64,000 nucleotides of DNA from Octopus vulgaris (Eukaryota). Location: assembly GCA_951406725.2 (NCBI GenBank), contig OX597816.1:60078001-60142000 (forward strand), in the 5' to 3' direction. The first letter of the stretch is position 1. Each line of letters opens with the position of its first letter. The notes below the pieces were generated by a model. It searched no databases and had not been told where the DNA came from. It was given only the letters and a program-made list of their open reading frames with translations. Below are positions 13,733 through 25,636 of this stretch, piece after piece. The position numbers and the translations under genes are program-made.

Positions 13733-13928
13733 TTATTTTATAGAAGGAGCTTCTACAGGACTAGAACTGTTTCATTCAAATGAGATCATCATATATTTAT
13801 ATATATATATATATGCATACATGTCCTTTTTGTGTGTTTTTTTCTATCGTCTATCTGGATGTTTTGTTGTCCCTTTTTGTATCACCTAGTTGTCCGGATG
13901 TTTTGCGTTCTTGTCCCATTTTGTATTT

Positions 13929-13968
<40 letters not shown>

Positions 13969-14621
13969 AAAATATATTCGAGCAAATTCTCCCTGAAAGC
14001 CTGTGGGTTCCATATAATTTTTATCCAAAGTTAAATCCATGAGAAACTTATAGAACATGTTCCATTTTTCACACACACACACACATGACATGTATATGTA
14101 TGTATACATATACATGCATATGCATTTACACACACTCAATTTATAATGCTCTAAATGTAGCTTTTTAGAGATAGATTCCTCCATTTAAGATACATTACTG
14201 ATGCATTTTGAAATAATTATATACTTAATACTCTGAGTACAGATCGTTCTGCATCTCTTGATGCATTCTAATATTCATCTGCACATGTATATGGGAGACT
14301 GGAATCAGTCATGTTACAACAAAGTATTGACACCTTGCACATTATCGTTTTGTTTGCATGAGTGCACTTATATTCTGGTTAAATGCTCTCTCTTTGTGTT
14401 TATGCCTGGCTGACAAAGGTTCCAATTAATTTTCTTGGAGATGAGTTGGTTCCCAGTGACATGCATATGTTCTGGTAATTAATACATATTTTATTTTAGT
14501 ATTTATATATATATATTTATTTATATGTATGTATGTATGCATGTATGTTTGTATGTATGCATGTATATATATGTGTGTGTGTGTATGCGTGTGTGTATGT
14601 GTGTGTGTGTGTGTTATGATC

Positions 14622-14825
14622 TGTTATAATCCTTAATAACGTTAGGATTATTATAACACACACTTCAGTATACAGTATATTTAATAAAACTAGTACAGAC
14701 ACGACCATCTCTGACCGCCTACTATGCACTCTGGTACTTCATGTACTTCTCTTTACTTATAGTGACTAAGTTATTCCATTCCTCATGTGGGAGGGATGTA
14801 CCATTATTACTAATTCCCTACAACA
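14622..14825 (-). mobile_element. 3' LTR of a Gypsy (Mag-like) retrotransposon
   Basis: Minus strand: polypurine tract GAAAGGGGAGA immediately before TGTTGTAGGG (14825); ends ...ATTATAACA (14622); downstream of the integrase ORF. Confidence 0.65.
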
Positions 14826-14930
14826 TCTCCCCTTTCAAGCTTTCCTTAGGTAGTGTCATTTTATTCAGCAATAATCCTTTTTTATTCACCCTACCTCCCA
14901 TTTGTGAGTCTTTCTTTTTTCCATACAATT

Positions 14931-15810
14931 TTAATATTTTTTGTACTTGGCATATATTTTCAGGAACTCTGTATATTTTCTTTTCCTCTCACTTGTACAC
15001 CTGGGTTCAATCACCTGCAGTGGTGTTGGTACTTGGAACATTTCATACAGCCATTCCATCGGTTCCTCCAACTTCTTTGGTTTGCTTTCCACAAATCTCT
15101 TTTCCAGTTGGTTCCTGTGTCCCCTTTGTAGGCTTTTTCTACTTTTTACCCAATACATCATTTTACCTATGCATTTGGTAATTACACCATCTTCCCAACT
15201 CTGCTTTCCATTCTTGTGTGCCCTCATATACACCTTTTCACCAACTTTAAAGAATCTTGCTGTGTCTTCCCAGGCACTTTTTCTTTTCTTGCCAGGTAGC
15301 AATTTATCAAAGACTGATTTTACTTTCATTGCAAACATCAGCTCCACTGGTGAGTTAGCCCCTGGTGCATTCAGACTGGGTGTCACACAGTACACTCTTA
15401 AGGATTGTTGTAGAGCTACCTCATCCATGACATCCTTATTCAACTTTCTTAGGGCTCTCTTGAAGGTATCAACAAAACATTCTGCCTGTCCATTAGATCT
15501 GGGATGGTATGGCACTGTAGTTATATATTCTACCATGAATGTTTAACAAATTTTTTTCAATTCACTAGACACAAATTGCTTTCCATTGTCAGACACTATC
15601 TTGTCTGGGATGCCAAACCTTGCAAACAATTTATGTTAAAAAATTTATCATAGTTGAAGAGGGTTTTTTTTTATTTTACACTTGCAAATTTCTGGCCATT
15701 TCGAGAAACTATTGATTACCACTAAGTAGTAATAACCGTTTAAAGGACCAGTGAAATTGATGTGTAGTCTGGACAACAGAACATCTACTTTTGAACAATG
15801 TTTACTTTTT
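14931..15810 (-). pseudogene. Gypsy/Mag-type integrase relic
   Basis: ORF 14931-15536 has PYHPRSNGQAECFVDTFKRAL...SPVELMF...WEDGVITKCIG; upstream frame-shifted LHINFTGPLNGYYYLVVINSFSKWPEI and LFARFGIPDKIVSDNGKQF. Confidence 0.9.
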
Positions 15811-15830
15811 GCCATGGGCAATTTTTATTT

Positions 15831-16088
15831 ACATTATTTACATTATTTACATTCGATGGATATTTGTCCTCATCTTGTTTGTTGTTAACACAACGTTTCG
15901 GCTGATATACTCTCCACCCTTCTTCAGGTGTCTTGCAGAAATTTCGAATCTGGGTTCTCATTCCTAAGGTATTTTTTGATGTTATTATTATTATTATTAT
16001 TATTATTAGTGTTCAGGTCACTGCTTGGAATCGAACTTGGAATCTTGGGGTTAGTAGCCTGTGCTTTTAACCACTACACCATATGCCC
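15831..16088 (-). mobile_element. tRNA-derived SINE-like element carrying a hammerhead motif, inserted in the Gypsy relic
   Basis: Minus-strand head GGGCATATGGTGTAGTGGTTAAAAGCACAGGCTACTAACCCCAAGATTCCAAGTTCGATTCC (A box TGGTGTAGTGG, B box GTTCGATTC), then (AAT)n, the hammerhead and a (TGTAAATAA)n tail. Confidence 0.7.
15887..15932 (-). ncRNA. Minimal hammerhead motif in the tail of a tRNA-headed element
   Basis: GACAC-CUGAAGA-a gggug..cagcc-GAAA-cg-UU-GUGUU; stem III reduced to the palindrome ACGU (dimer-type). Confidence 0.6.
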
Positions 16089-16139
16089 ACGGGCATATGG
16101 TGTAGTGGTTATAGAACTGTATTATGGGGAATTTTTATT

Positions 16140-17141
16140 TCATTTTAGTTGACATACAGATGCTCCACTATGTTTTACAGCAATGTTTTGTTTCAGCCCC
16201 TCAGCTGCATTCGAACCTTCAACTGAACCGACTACATTTCTGCACAAAACACTTATGGCTGTATTCCATACTTTGAATAGTTCTATGCATTCTGAGCTGA
16301 ACAGATTAAGTGAACTTCTTAACACATATATCTTAGCCTTTTTGTTTGACCTTGTAATGTTACATTCCATATGAATTCACCAAAAAAATATAATCTTTTT
16401 CCTGTAACACCATGTGCTACCTTTTGGCTTGTCGAGATATTTCCACACTTTTTCATTTATAATGTTGATATTGTCCAACTGCATTTTAACACTTGTATTT
16501 CTGATTTTTGCTTTCACAAACTTTCTCATCATTATATTGCCAATTTCTTCCGATGGCATACTATTTATTCTTTTGCCATTGTTCTGGCTTTTTTCATCTT
16601 TGTTCTACACTATATTTTTATATGTCCTATATTTCCACGATGAAAGCATTCTGCTTTTTTAAATGGATAATTTTCCCTCCACATGCATAACATGGGTTTA
16701 TTTCCTGATTTTTGTCATGATTTTATAAAACACTTTATCTCTGTTCTGACTATTTTGCACCTGCTTTACTTGGAAGTAATCTTTACTTTCAATTTCCTCT
16801 GTGTCATGTCTTAATTTGACTATCCTTTCACATTCTTCTGACACTTGCTGTAGGGTTACATCCTGGTTTTGTTTCAGCTTTGTGAGAATTCTAGTTCTAA
16901 CTTTTGCGTCCTCTTCTGCAGTAAGTCCCTGTGTAAAAATCAGGAATTTGAACATAAGTGGTATTAATTCATCCACCTTAAACTTCTCGCATTTCCTGTT
17001 AACTCTACCAGCATGTGATATAGTCCTTGTTGTTGTTTTTTCTCTATGTTCAGACACTTCCAACATGTGTTGAACAATGAGCTTTTTTTCACTGAAAGTT
17101 TTATACAACATATCTATTGTGTCATTAAAGTTTAGCACCAC
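16140..17141 (-). pseudogene. Gypsy/Mag-type gag and protease relic
   Basis: VNRKCEKFK...FKFLIFTQGLTAEEDAKVRTRILTKL (gag), CYACG/GNIGH knuckle remnants, VKMQLD..IINEKVW and KIYVLRSSLNLFSSECIELF (protease). Confidence 0.75.
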
Positions 17142-17507
17142 CTGTCAAGTGCTGAAGTGATTGTAAAGGAATGTGAGATGAAGTGTTTTGCTCAATGAGA
17201 CAACACACCAGCCGATCCAGGAATTGAAACCACAGTTGCCAGATTGTGGGTGCAATACCCTAACTACTAGGCCATTTAGTATAATTCTGAGCACATATAT
17301 TAACACAAACATGTATACATAATTTCTTGCATACTATGAAAAAAAGGTCACAAAACAGGCATAATCCCATGAAAGTCACTTGGTTAAATATATATATATA
17401 TATTGATAGAAAAGGTAAGACAACAAAAGAATGAAAGAGACCTCGATATTATGTAAATAGAGGAATTTATATGTAAATATAATATGTGACAATTAGTCGG
17501 TAGCCAT

Positions 17508-17568
17508 GATAAAACCCCGAGTTTCAGATGTTGGGGCGGAAACCCACGCCACCATCTCCTCAGTTATC
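17508..17568 (-). ncRNA. Type-I hammerhead motif, left arm of the inverted repeat
   Basis: Minus strand GAUAA-CUGAGGA-gaug...cauc u-GAAA-cucgggg-UU-UUAUC. Confidence 0.6.
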
Positions 17569-17594
17569 CAGTCATGGCATTTTTTTGATGGCCA

Positions 17595-17655
17595 GATAAC
17601 TGAAGAGATGGCAGCATGGGTTTCTGCCCCGACATCCGAAACTCGGAGTTTTATC
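17595..17655 (+). ncRNA. Type-I hammerhead motif, right arm of an inverted repeat
   Basis: GAUAA-CUGAAGA-gaug...cauc c-GAAA-cucggag-UU-UUAUC; GUU triplet. Confidence 0.65.
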
Positions 17656-18264
17656 ATGGCTACTGAATAATTGTCACATATTATATTTACATATATATAT
17701 ATATATATACATACATATTTTCAATTCTCAGATCTATTGGCTTTATATTCTTACATATAAAGAGTAAAGGATAAAGACTCCACTTTATTCATGAATGACC
17801 ATAGGATTGCGTCGAGGAAGTTCTCCCCGAGACACAAGTCCAAGCAAGATTGTTTATGGATGACCAGTAGTTAACCAAGCATACCAGCCGCCCCTCACCA
17901 TACCATTGATGTTATCCAAGAGAAAGGTAAAAACTGATACAGTTTGTCACCAATGACATCGCAACTCATTTCTACAGCTGAGTGAACTGGAGCAATGTGA
18001 AATAAGTGTCTTGCTCAAGAACACAATGCAGAGCCCGGTCTGGGAATGAAACTCAGAGCCTCATGATTGTGAGACTGATGCTCTAACCACTGAGTGATGT
18101 GCTGGTGCCATGTAAAAAGCACCCAATACTCTCTGTAAAGTGCTTGGTGTTAGAAGGGGCATCCAGCCATAGAAACGAGGCTTATTCAGGCTGGAACCCA
18201 GTACAGCTCTGCAGCTTGCCAGCTCAGGTCAAAAACTCTCCAAACCATGCCAGCCATGCCATAA

Positions 18265-18302
<38 letters not shown>

Positions 18303-18304
18303 TT

Positions 18305-18846
18305 GTGACACTTGTGAAGACCTGTTGAGGCAAGTGAAAATCAAACCAAATCAAAATAGATGAATATCAATGGAATTTGTATCTTTGTGGTACCAGTGCC
18401 GGTGGCACACAAGAGAACCATCCGAACGTGGCCATAGCCAGTACCGCATCGACTGGTCTCCGTGCTGTGGGCACGTAACAAACACCATCCGATTGTGGCC
18501 GTTCGCCAGCCTCATCTGGCACCTGTGTCGGTGGCACATAAAATACACCATCCGAGCATGGCCGTCTGCCAGCCTCGTCTGGCACCTGTGTCGGTGGCAC
18601 ATGAAAAACACCATCCGAGCGTGGCCGTTCGCCAGCCTCGTCTGGCACCTGTGTCGGTGGCACATAAAATCACCCACTACACTCTCGGAATGGTTGGCGT
18701 TAGGAAGGGCATCCAGCTGTAGAAACACTGCCAGATCTGACTGGCCTGGTGCAGCCTTCGGGCTCCCCAGACCCCAGTTGAACCATCCAACCCATGCTAG
18801 CATGGAAAACGGACGTTAAATGATGATGGTGATGATGATGATGATG

Positions 18847-18848
<2 letters not shown>
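18305..18848 (+). mobile_element. RTE-family 3' end with 63-bp internal tandem subrepeats
   Basis: acaccatccga..gccagcctc..ggcacctgtgtcggtggcac at 18482, 18545 and 18608; ends ggacgttaaa(tga)n. Confidence 0.8.
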
Positions 18849-19399
<551 letters not shown>

Positions 19400-19552
19400 G
19401 TTATATTATATTAGAGACAAAACCACTATTATGCAAATCAAACAAAGAAAGACTTAAGCCAATACATAATATATAATATTTTACTATAAAATTGGATTCA
19501 ATCCTAAATCTGATTTTTCCCTGTAAATTTGGATTTATTCCCTAATATTTAT

Positions 19553-19600
<48 letters not shown>

Positions 19601-20345
19601 TTTTTCTATCTTTTAGTCAGTAGACAAGCCAGTGCCCATACACACACACACACATATATATATATATCTATATTTTGTCTATTTATAAACCTAACAAAAG
19701 AGGTTTGAAATATTTTGGAAGAATAAAAATAAAGACAACCATGCAGAGAAACAGAGTGCAAATCAGCTGCACAATCAGTACAGCGCTATAACTCTTTGAC
19801 TGTGTAAACACTGGATAATAAATGTAATTGATCTCATTGAATACATGGTTAATGTACAAATAACACAGTATATGGTTTCTTTTGATAGAAATTGGATAAA
19901 TGGAAGATGGAATCAGAATGAGAACAATAGGTTGGGTTTTTGTTGTTGTTGTTGTTTTTTTAAATGGTATAACGAGTTTCTTTGTGACGACTGGTAAGTA
20001 CAAGATTAACCTCATTGAGTGTGTATGCATTTCTGCAATACTCTCTCTCTCTCTTTCTTTACACACACACATATACTTATCTTATCATATATACATATAT
20101 ACATATACTTACATACACACACACATATGTGCGTGCGCGCACACACACACACACACATTATATGTATGAATATATGTTTGCTTACACACAAACATATATG
20201 TATGTGTGTGTGTGTCAGTGTTTCTGAGTGTGAGTATGAGAAATTCATCCAATCTCACCTGGTTTGGAAATTTGACGTAAAGCAAGGATGCTGATAATAT
20301 AAATTGCATGCACACTCGCGCACGCGCACACACACACACACACAC

Positions 20346-20494
20346 ATGTGGCTGGGTGGTTCAAAGCTTGCTTCCCGACCATGTGCAGTCGCAGGTTCAG
20401 CCCCACTGCAGGAGAAAAAGTCTTTTGCTATAGCTCTGAGCTGACCAAAGCCTTGTCAGAGGATTTGATTGATGAAAACTGAAAGAAGCCCATG

Positions 20495-20530
<36 letters not shown>
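20346..20530 (+). mobile_element. SINE family A, 5' half, diverged
   Basis: gtggctgggtggt..ggttcagcccc..ctgaccaaagccttg..aaactgaaagaagccc. Confidence 0.7.
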
Positions 20531-20610
20531 CTTTGTTTTGCCAACATATGATGATTAATTATTCCCACTTAATTATGGATGCTCTCTTAAAATAAACTAT
20601 ACTATGGTAG

Positions 20611-21180
20611 ATACTATGAGAGAAATTCTCATTCTGGCTTTTGGTGCAAAATGCATTGTTGCTTACATTGCTAGTGGGGAGACAAATCTCCACCATCTTC
20701 AGCACTAAGACCACCAGATCACATGATTTCAACCTTCCTTGGTCTTGTCAATGATGTATCCTTGACTGCTAGAGATTGCAGCGACTCATCTCTCTGCCAG
20801 CGATATATAGTAAAACAGTGCCAGAACAGGTACTGGAGTTGCAATTAAAAAAATATATATTAGCAACAGAGGTAGGATTAATACCAAGAGGTAAGATTTA
20901 TTGCCACTTAAATGTGGATGTTCTGTTAGAACAGACTATACTGTAGGAGATACCATGAGAGATACTCTCCTATAGGCTTTTGGTGCAAAAATTCTCTCTT
21001 GTTTGTATCACTAGTGGGGAGATAAATCACCACCTTCTCCAGCCTTGAGACCATCAGATCACGGGATTTCGATCTTCTTTGGTCTCATCAATGATAGGTA
21101 CTTGACTGCTAGAGATACCAGTGACTCATTTCTCTGCTGGTGATATAGAGGAAAACAGTGCCAGAACAGGTGCTGGTGTC
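20611..21180 (-). repeat. Diverged direct repeat (about 230-bp units, 340-bp period), each unit with a decayed hammerhead
   Basis: Units 20611-20840 and 20951-21180 share ggcttttggtgcaaaa, ctagtggggaga, cttgactgctagagat and aaaacagtgccagaacaggt; hammerhead-like motifs at 20711-20757 and 21051-21097 on minus. Confidence 0.75.
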
Positions 21181-21644
21181 ATGATTGTAAACAAGAATCA
21201 CTGTCATATGAGCAATGCTGTTCATTTCCAGTCTTCCACAATAAAATGTCTGGACAAAGGGAAATATTACGTTACTTGGAAACAGTTGAGTGTTGGCAAC
21301 AGGAAGTACCTCTGCCTCAACAAATTCATCTGACCCATGCAGGCATGGGAAAGTGAATAGTAAATAATAATGATATCTATGTATTTAAGCATTATGGAAG
21401 CGCATGAGTATGTGTGTATGTATGTACATACATATGTATGTATGTATGTATGTATGCATGCATGCATGTATGTATCAATGTATGTTTGTTTGTATGTATG
21501 CATCACCACCACCACTACCAGCACCAGCACAACCACCACCACCACCACTACCACCATCATCATTTAACATCCTTTTTCCATGCTAGCATGGGTTGGACAG
21601 CTCGACAAGAGCTGACATACATTATTTATATACATACATGTATT

Positions 21645-21959
21645 TTATTTATGTCTGTTCCTTCTCGAGCCATGCCTGGGTCATAAGGGCCAGTTTCCTG
21701 GTTTCCTTGGCGTATAGGTTCTCCACCTGGACGGGACGCCGGTCCGTCACAGGTGAGCTGCAAGATGCAGCAGGAAAGAGCAAGAGCAAGAGAAAGTTGT
21801 GGCGAAAGAATCAGCAGGAGTTCGCCATTACCTCCTGCCAGAGCTGCGTGGTACTTAGGTGTTTCGCTCATAAACACACACATGGCTTGGTTTGAAATTC
21901 AAACCCGCGATCCCTCGTCTGTGAGTCCGTTGCTCTAACCACTAGACCATGTGCCTCCA
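21645..21959 (-). mobile_element. tRNA-derived SINE family B; other copies 23385-23684, 24195-24436, 27443-27741
   Basis: Minus-strand head GGAGGCACATGGTCTAGTGGTTAGAGC...GGGTTTGAATT (A/B boxes) and a shared body. Confidence 0.8.
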
Positions 21960-22895
21960 TTTCATTTATGCCTAAACATTTTACACACATACACACACAC
22001 ATACACACACACATACATATATATATGCATTATGTATGTATATCTATGTCTATATATCTTGAGCATAAACATGCATATTTTGTGTATGAACATATGGAAT
22101 ATTCTCATATACTATAAGCACTTTTACCATTAAGTTATTTAAAAGTGTCATTGTTTTTAAACCTGATGATCTCTAAGGCCTATATATAATTAGTTAATCC
22201 TGCATTAATTAATTAGAAGGAAACTGGGCTCCTGACAAATTATAAATAATACAAAGAAACACATTTTTATCTCTTATATCTTTTTTCTCTGCCTGTGACT
22301 ATGTTTCTTTTTAATACAATTGTACAATATAGAATTTCTTCAATTGGAATTTACCTATGATTTTTCGAAGTAGATTCCATTGGGTCATGGCATATACATT
22401 TTTTTCAATTTAACCCCCAATTAAGCAAAAATTCGAGAAAACTCAATATTTTACGATTTGCCTCTCTCATTTCAAATGCTTTGCTCCTGCTATTACCACA
22501 CTTTCTCCTACTTTCTCTTTGCAAGTGTATACCACTATCATATCCTCTTTCTGTAACTCTTATTCAACATCACACATTCTGTTACTTTCTCTTATTAATG
22601 CTTAAACCAATCCTCAAAAAAAAAAAGGCAACAGAGATCAGTCGCTAACTTTTGGTAGTATTCATTGGCGAGCGTACTTCAGTTGTCAATTGTTGAAAGA
22701 AAGAAATTGTAAGCTAAGAAGGTGTGTGTGTGTGTGTGCGTGTGTGTGTGTGTGTGTAGGAAGTGAAGGATAAAAATATGGCAAGAAGTGGACAGATGTA
22801 CATATATACATACATACATACATACATCCATACATACATACGTGTGTGTGTGTGTGTGTGTGTGCGTATGTATGTGTATTAATGTGTGTGTGTTA

Positions 22896-23263
22896 TCTCT
22901 CTCTATATAAAGCTGAAGTTGTCTGTGTGCAGCAGGTTTGGTAGCCTTCAACTAACACTATCTCCTCCGAGACCCTGCGGTGCAAGTTGACTAAAATTGA
23001 GAGTATGATAGAAGAAGATAAAATTCAAATCGGACCATGTTAACACCAAAAATTATTTACATAAAAAAGGTGCTTTTTTCTATGAAAATCCTTATTTTTT
23101 ACGATTTTTTCACTGCTGTGTCGCCACTTTTCGGTGTATTTCAACCAGAAAAATGTTTACTTGAAGAGAATAACAAGCTACATAATGCAAAATTTTTACT
23201 TTTCAAAAATTCCAATTCCAGCGGGTTGAAACAAACCCGAGCAACGCCGGGCGATACTGCTAG
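22896..23263 (+). mobile_element. Non-autonomous Helitron-type element
   Basis: A|TC start, 3' hairpin CCCG-agcaacgc-CGGG (23236-23251), 9 nt before CTAG|T; A/T insertion site without TSD. Confidence 0.75.
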
Positions 23264-23384
23264 TTCTATGATAAAATGAGAAATTATGCAGGGATTGTTA
23301 AGTGAGATTAATGTAAAGAGAAATACATCAGAGAAATGAATTATGATTGAAGCTACTTGTTCCAGTTGGATAACTTTTTATTTT

Positions 23385-23684
23385 ATTTTATGCGCCCTTT
23401 TCAAGCCTAACTAGGTTCATGGGCCCGGTTTCTGTGGCATATGTGTTCCCCCCAGCTGGACAGGACGCCAGTCCATCGCAGCATTACTCAAGATACAGGA
23501 AGAAAGAGTGAGAGAAAGTTGGGGCGAAAGAGTACAACAGGGGTCGCCACCATCCCCTGCCAGAGCCTCGTGGAGCTTTTAGGTGTTTTCGCTCAATAAA
23601 CACACAACGCCCGGTCTGGGAATCAAAACCGCGATCCTCTGACTGCAAGTCCACTGCCCTAACCACTGGGCCATTGCGCCTCCA
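23385..23684 (-). mobile_element. SINE family B variant
   Basis: Head GGAGGCGCAATGGCCCAGTGGTTAGGGC...GGTTTTGATTCCC on minus. Confidence 0.75.
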
Positions 23685-25636
23685 CAATTGGATAACAATT
23701 GGATAACTGCAATACATTTAATACTTTTATGCAAAGTTGTAGGAATATGATACGGACTGCATCAGGACTATCTTTTGGTGTTTGCAGATCCAAGCACTGC
23801 ATAAAGGAAATGAGCGCTTAATCATCATTGACAAGACCAATAAGCCTGAACCAATTTTTGATAGTTTGATATCTCATCTGCATGCACCACAACTACAGAT
23901 TGATAGGTAACTGAACTGGTTAATCCTAGCCATTGATAGTTTGTTGACTCAGCATCTAGTGATATTTGCTATTAACAAAGTAAGTTCATCTGTTGAAATA
24001 GTTCACATCCATCTCATGATTTCAATGTGACCAAGACTTGGATGGTTACCAGGTGTTAGGCCTTTCCAAGAGGCCACTGGTGATTTGTTTGTGAGCTGTT
24101 TGTTTCCATATTCACAGCTGACCTCTATTTGCACACATTAGCATAGCCAGGACTCTGATAGATGCTTCTTCTCTGGGTCAGAATAAAAAGTTACCTTCTT
24201 GAGTTATGCCAGCTCATAAGGGCTGGTTTCTTGGCTTCCATGTCATATAAGTTCCTCACCAGGATGGGATGCCAGTCCATCATAGGATTACTCATTTTTG
24301 TCAGCTGAGTGAACTGGAGCAATGTTAAATGAAGTGTTTTGCTCAAGAATGCAGCGCATCGCCCAGTCCAGGAATCAAAACCACAATCTTATGATCATGA
24401 GTCTAACGCTCTAACCACTAAGCCAAACGCCTCCGCATGGGTCAGAATAGACCTGGAAACAATAGTGACTAAGAGGTGGTTCTACACTTCACAAAATCCT
24501 GCAACTCCTGAACCAGGGCCCCACAACTGGATGCAGTTTAAAGTTATCCCCAGGACAAGTAGGCACTTACTCCAATCAAAATGTGATAAATTTATGTTAT
24601 TGATGGCCACCACAGAGTGCAGTCCTTGTTACCATGTGGTGGCTAGTAATGACCCTGCAATGACCCTACGAGATATGCCAGCAGAGCACAAGCTCTTGAT
24701 AGGGCCTCCCAGGCTGGACAGATCAACGAACAGAGGCCAGGGTAATATGGACCACCTCTTCCAAGAGGTAAAACTGAGGTAGCATCAGGCCAACAACTCT
24801 CCCTAGAAAAAAAATCACTACTTGATATTTCTATCAAAGACAATTTAAAACTGAGAGAGGAAGACCTTCTCTCAGGGGGATGGACAGATGACAAAAAGAC
24901 TGCTCAGAGCCAAGAACAGTGAAGAAAAGTTGTTGATGCCCTCTGCTCCATAGGGACTGATGGGCTTAACCAGCACCAGGGTCAAGGAAGCCCAACCTAT
25001 CAATAACAATATGTTACCAATGGACTTGGCTTCCTGGATCCTGGTTCTGTAGCACTTGTTGCACCTATCTTAAAATTGCATTGACTATAAGTGTATCTTT
25101 GTACAAAATTAGCATAGAATATATATATATATGTTTTATTCCAACTAAATTAGCTCTCTTCAATCATTAACATATGTAATTTATCTTAATATCTGAGACA
25201 TTGTGATAATTAAAGTCAGTTTTGGTAGCAGCAATGGGTCACAATATAGGGAAACAATAGACAGCTTTGTTATAATTCTGACAATTAACACCAAAGTTGT
25301 GTACAGGCAAGTTATCAAGTAAAAACTTGCAAATTATTCACCAAGAAGCAGATGGAACTAATTAAGTTGATTGCAGATGTATCTGTATAACTTCTGAAAC
25401 ATTTTGTTTAGATGAGAATTTTAAACATTAGAATTTATTTTAAAGGATAATTAACAATACTTAATGAGGTATATTAATTCAGAATGATGAGAAACAAGTT
25501 TGATTTTTTTACTTGCCATATGATTATAAATCATCAAAATGGAAGCTTGAGCAAATGAGCAAGGCCTTGGCACAGTCATTTGGCTTTCTCAAATGAGCAG
25601 CCAAATCTCTTTCATATCATACTCAACCATTTTAGG

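Noticed and set aside
14941-15546. 201-aa plus-strand ORF
   Set aside because: Antisense shadow of the integrase ORF
16020-16088. Functional tRNA gene (also other SINE heads)
   Set aside because: Acceptor stem does not close and the sequence runs into a repeat body; treated as a SINE head
18420-18665. 63-bp repeats resembling a CRISPR array or a Cys/His repeat protein
   Set aside because: Contiguous tandem units without unique spacers, inside an RTE 3' region; no cas genes; eukaryotic context
22162-22185. CTGATGA followed by a short stem
   Set aside because: No GAAA or UH downstream
24620-24970. Possible RTE 5' UTR with an HDV-like ribozyme
   Set aside because: Too decayed to assign the nested pseudoknot by eye; needs a covariance-model search
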